A stretch of 64,000 nt of DNA, from assembly GCA_013265495.1 (NCBI GenBank), contig MU058213.1:6774066-6838065 (forward strand), in the 5' to 3' direction. Of this stretch, positions 62,831 to 64,000 are shown piece by piece. Each line of letters begins with the position of its first letter. The first letter of the stretch is position 1. The stretch comes from Vicugna vicugna (Eukaryota). Both the position numbers and the translations under genes were made by a program. The notes below the pieces were generated by a model. The model made no database searches, had not been told where the DNA came from, and was given only the letters and a program-made list of their open reading frames with translations.

Positions 62831-64000
62831 AATGAAAGCTGGTTTAATGGAAGGATACTTGTTACTGAAGGCAGCAGTTCACAAGATTTCCCAGACTCAA
62901 GGGCTACGGCAAGCACACCGAGGTCTGCAGACGGAGGAGGAGGGTTACCCTCTGCTGGTTTTAGGCTATCTCAGACACAAGGTGATTTTTGCAGCTGCCA
63001 ATCCAGTAATTCTTTTATTACTTCCCTTAGCCCTCCTAGCTTTGCTGTGAGTTATGATTCACCAAATTGTATTTTCTTCCTAAACAAACTTCTATTTAAC
63101 TTATGTATGTGGAGTGGGAGGTGGGGAAGAGACCACCTTCAATAGAATCAAAAAAAAAACCAAAAACCAAAAAACCCCAATCTTCTATGCTAGCTCACAA
63201 CAATTTTTGACCTTTGATCTCAGTCAGATCAGGTAACAAAAAAGTCACAATGGAACCCTGCTGCTCACCTACCCCTACCCACCAAAAAAGATGGACCTTA
63301 AGGTTTACCCAACCAATCTGGATCCATCCACAATTAACTCGTATCTTTTGGGAATAAAGGCAACCAACTCAGTATGAAATCTAAGCAGGAACGTGTTTGT
63401 GTAGTCAGAAGAAAACTGCCAGTCTACATGTCTTTTTCTTCCTTCCCAGTCTCTGTCAGCTCATAACACGAATCAGAAGGAGGGAAGAAGTACCATTTTG
63501 TACCTCCGATGGGATTTTAGAAGAAGAAAAAAAAGAAAGAAAGAAAAGAAGGAAAGGAGGAAGGGAGGGAAAAGGGAAGGGAAGGAAGAAGGAAGGAGAA
63601 CACTGATGTAACTTTAGATTTCAGTAAATGTAATTTTGTTTGTTGGTGGTGGAACCAAATGCTGAAAGGGTCAATATTTGGAGTTTTCTGTTAATGGTCA
63701 AACTTATTTAGTAATACTTCCTAAAAATATGCTTGGGTACTCGCATATCTTTTTCAATCTACCAGGAGGCTGGCATTTATATATACTTAAAAATGTGCAT
63801 TTTAAGAAGGTACTATGTCTTTGTGTTTACAGCTCTCGGCCTCCCTCCTGACCACCAGCTTCAGTTACAAGGGACTCCTAGGAAACAGTGTGTTTTCATA
63901 CTTGGGTACTGGTCTCCCAGTTTGCTGTGTGTTCAGTCTCTCAGCCTCTCCCCAACAGAGCTGTGTTTTCTGTATGTGACTGGGCTGGGCTGAGAACGCT

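Noticed and set aside
1..64000. CRISPR arrays, operons or other prokaryotic systems
   Set aside because: The sequence is clearly mammalian, with no regularly spaced repeats or gene-dense segments.

Overview
Mammalian euchromatin, probably a camelid judging by its tRNA-derived vic-1-like SINEs and cetartiodactyl L1 3' UTRs. The only protein-coding gene is the forkhead transcription factor FOXB1 on the + strand. Its 325-aa CDS (51681-52658) lies in one exon, preceded by a non-coding first exon and a 280-bp 5' UTR intron. Bases 1-38.5 kb are mostly transposon-derived (L1, L2, MIR, MLT/LTR, hAT) with some unique stretches. Bases 38.5-56.5 kb form a CpG-island-rich, almost transposon-free domain with homeodomain, POU and forkhead motif clusters. 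I found no convincing new protein-coding system. The most unusual structures are: (1) an L1 with an inverted segment and a near-identical inverted copy of a SINE plus flank (20.0-22.4 kb); (2) a ~400-bp L1 5' end fused to an L1 3' end, possibly a spliced retrocopy (18.0-18.4 kb); (3) an extreme twin-primed L1 (0.4-2.2 kb); (4) a SINE-L1 chimera (34.5 kb); (5) a TSD-flanked retrocopy of an unidentified RNA (14.2 kb); (6) splice signals suggesting a divergent antisense transcript; (7) a uORF and a 3' UTR miRNA/G4 cluster in FOXB1. Repeat family names and boundaries are recognised by eye and are approximate.
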